From the human T2T-CHM13v2.0 reference genome, Homo sapiens: 64,000 nt of DNA. The notes beneath the pieces are model-generated. The model saw nothing but the letters and a program-made list of their open reading frames with translations. It searched no databases and was not told where the DNA came from. Of the stretch, positions 62,601 to 64,000 are shown piece after piece (within the stretch, counting starts at the first letter, position 1; every line of letters starts with the position of its first letter). The DNA lies in NCBI RefSeq assembly GCF_009914755.1, contig NC_060926.1; one strand, written 5' to 3'. A program made the translations under genes and the position numbers.

Positions 62601-63334
62601 AACCTTCCTTTTCAACTTTTAAGAGTTTCAGAAAGATTGGTGTTAAGTCTTCTTTAAATGTTTGGTAGAGTTCAGTGAAGTTCGAATATTGATTTTGGTT
62701 CCTTGACTTTTGATTCCTTGATTACTGATTGAATCTTAGTAGTTAGGCCTATTCAGATGTTCTATTTTTTCCATAATTTAGTCATGGTAGGTTGCATATT
62801 TTTAGAATTTGTTCATTTCATCTAGTTTAAACAATTTGTTTGCTTATAATTGTTCATAGTACCCCTTTATAATACTTTTTACTCTGCAGCATTGATAGTA
62901 ATGTCCCTACTTCCATTTCTGATTTTAGTAATTGGAATCTTCTTTTTTTTCTTGGTCAACCTAGCTAAGATTTTGTCAATTTTGGTGATCTTTTCAAAGA
63001 AACTATAGTTGGTTTTGCTGATTTTCTTTATTATTCTTCTATTCTTTGTTTTCTTTATCTTTGCTCTAATCTTTATTATTTCCTTCCTCTGCTAGTTTTG
63101 GGTTTTGTTCACTCTTCATTTTCTCTTCCCCTAATGTGTAAAGTTGAGTTGTTGATTTCAGATCTTTCTTCATTTTAAAGTATTTAGAGCTATAAGTTTT
63201 CCCTTTAGCATGGCTTTTGCTGCATTCAATAAGTTCTGTTATGTTTGGGTTTTGTTTTCATTTATCTTAGATATTTTCTAATTTTCCTTGCTATTTCTTC
63301 TTGTACCCACTGGCCGTTTAAGAGCCTGTTGCTT

Positions 63335-63790
<456 letters not shown>

Positions 63791-64000
63791 TCAATAAACA
63801 CTTGAGGAAATGTATATTCTGCTGTTGTTGGGTGGAGTGTTCTGTATATATTTGATAGATCCAGTTGATTGATAGTGTTATTGCATCCTCCATTTTCTGA
63901 TTGATCTTTGGTTATTCTATCCATTACAGAAAGTGTAATATTGAAGACTCCAACTATTATCATAGAACCGTCTTTTTCTCCTTTCAATTCTGCCAGTGTT

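Overview
Primate (most likely human) euchromatic non-coding DNA. It contains AluJ/S/Y, FLAM, L1MA/MB/ME, L2, MIR, MaLR/ERVL LTRs and Tigger/MER DNA-transposon fossils. I found no recognisable protein-coding gene, RNA gene or CRISPR array, and the long ORFs in the track are repeat artefacts. Repeat subfamily names come from remembered consensus sequences and their boundaries are approximate. Main non-routine signals: (1) a 2.5 kb AT-rich minisatellite (6057-8568) in three ordered blocks, where an 8-bp insertion makes the last unit type almost fully palindromic; (2) a repeat-free CpG island (~12.0-13.9 kb) fused to an AT-rich, motif-dense, enhancer-like block with no visible gene; (3) a ~190 bp insert at ~31.9-32.1 kb that looks like a twin-primed young-L1 event carrying non-L1 sequence; (4) a tailless AluY with intact target-site duplication (TSD), two microhomology deletion junctions and a 45-bp local duplication; (5) several plus-strand exon-like segments that could belong to a lncRNA. 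The sequence alone does not support a claim of a new biological system; these are testable leads.
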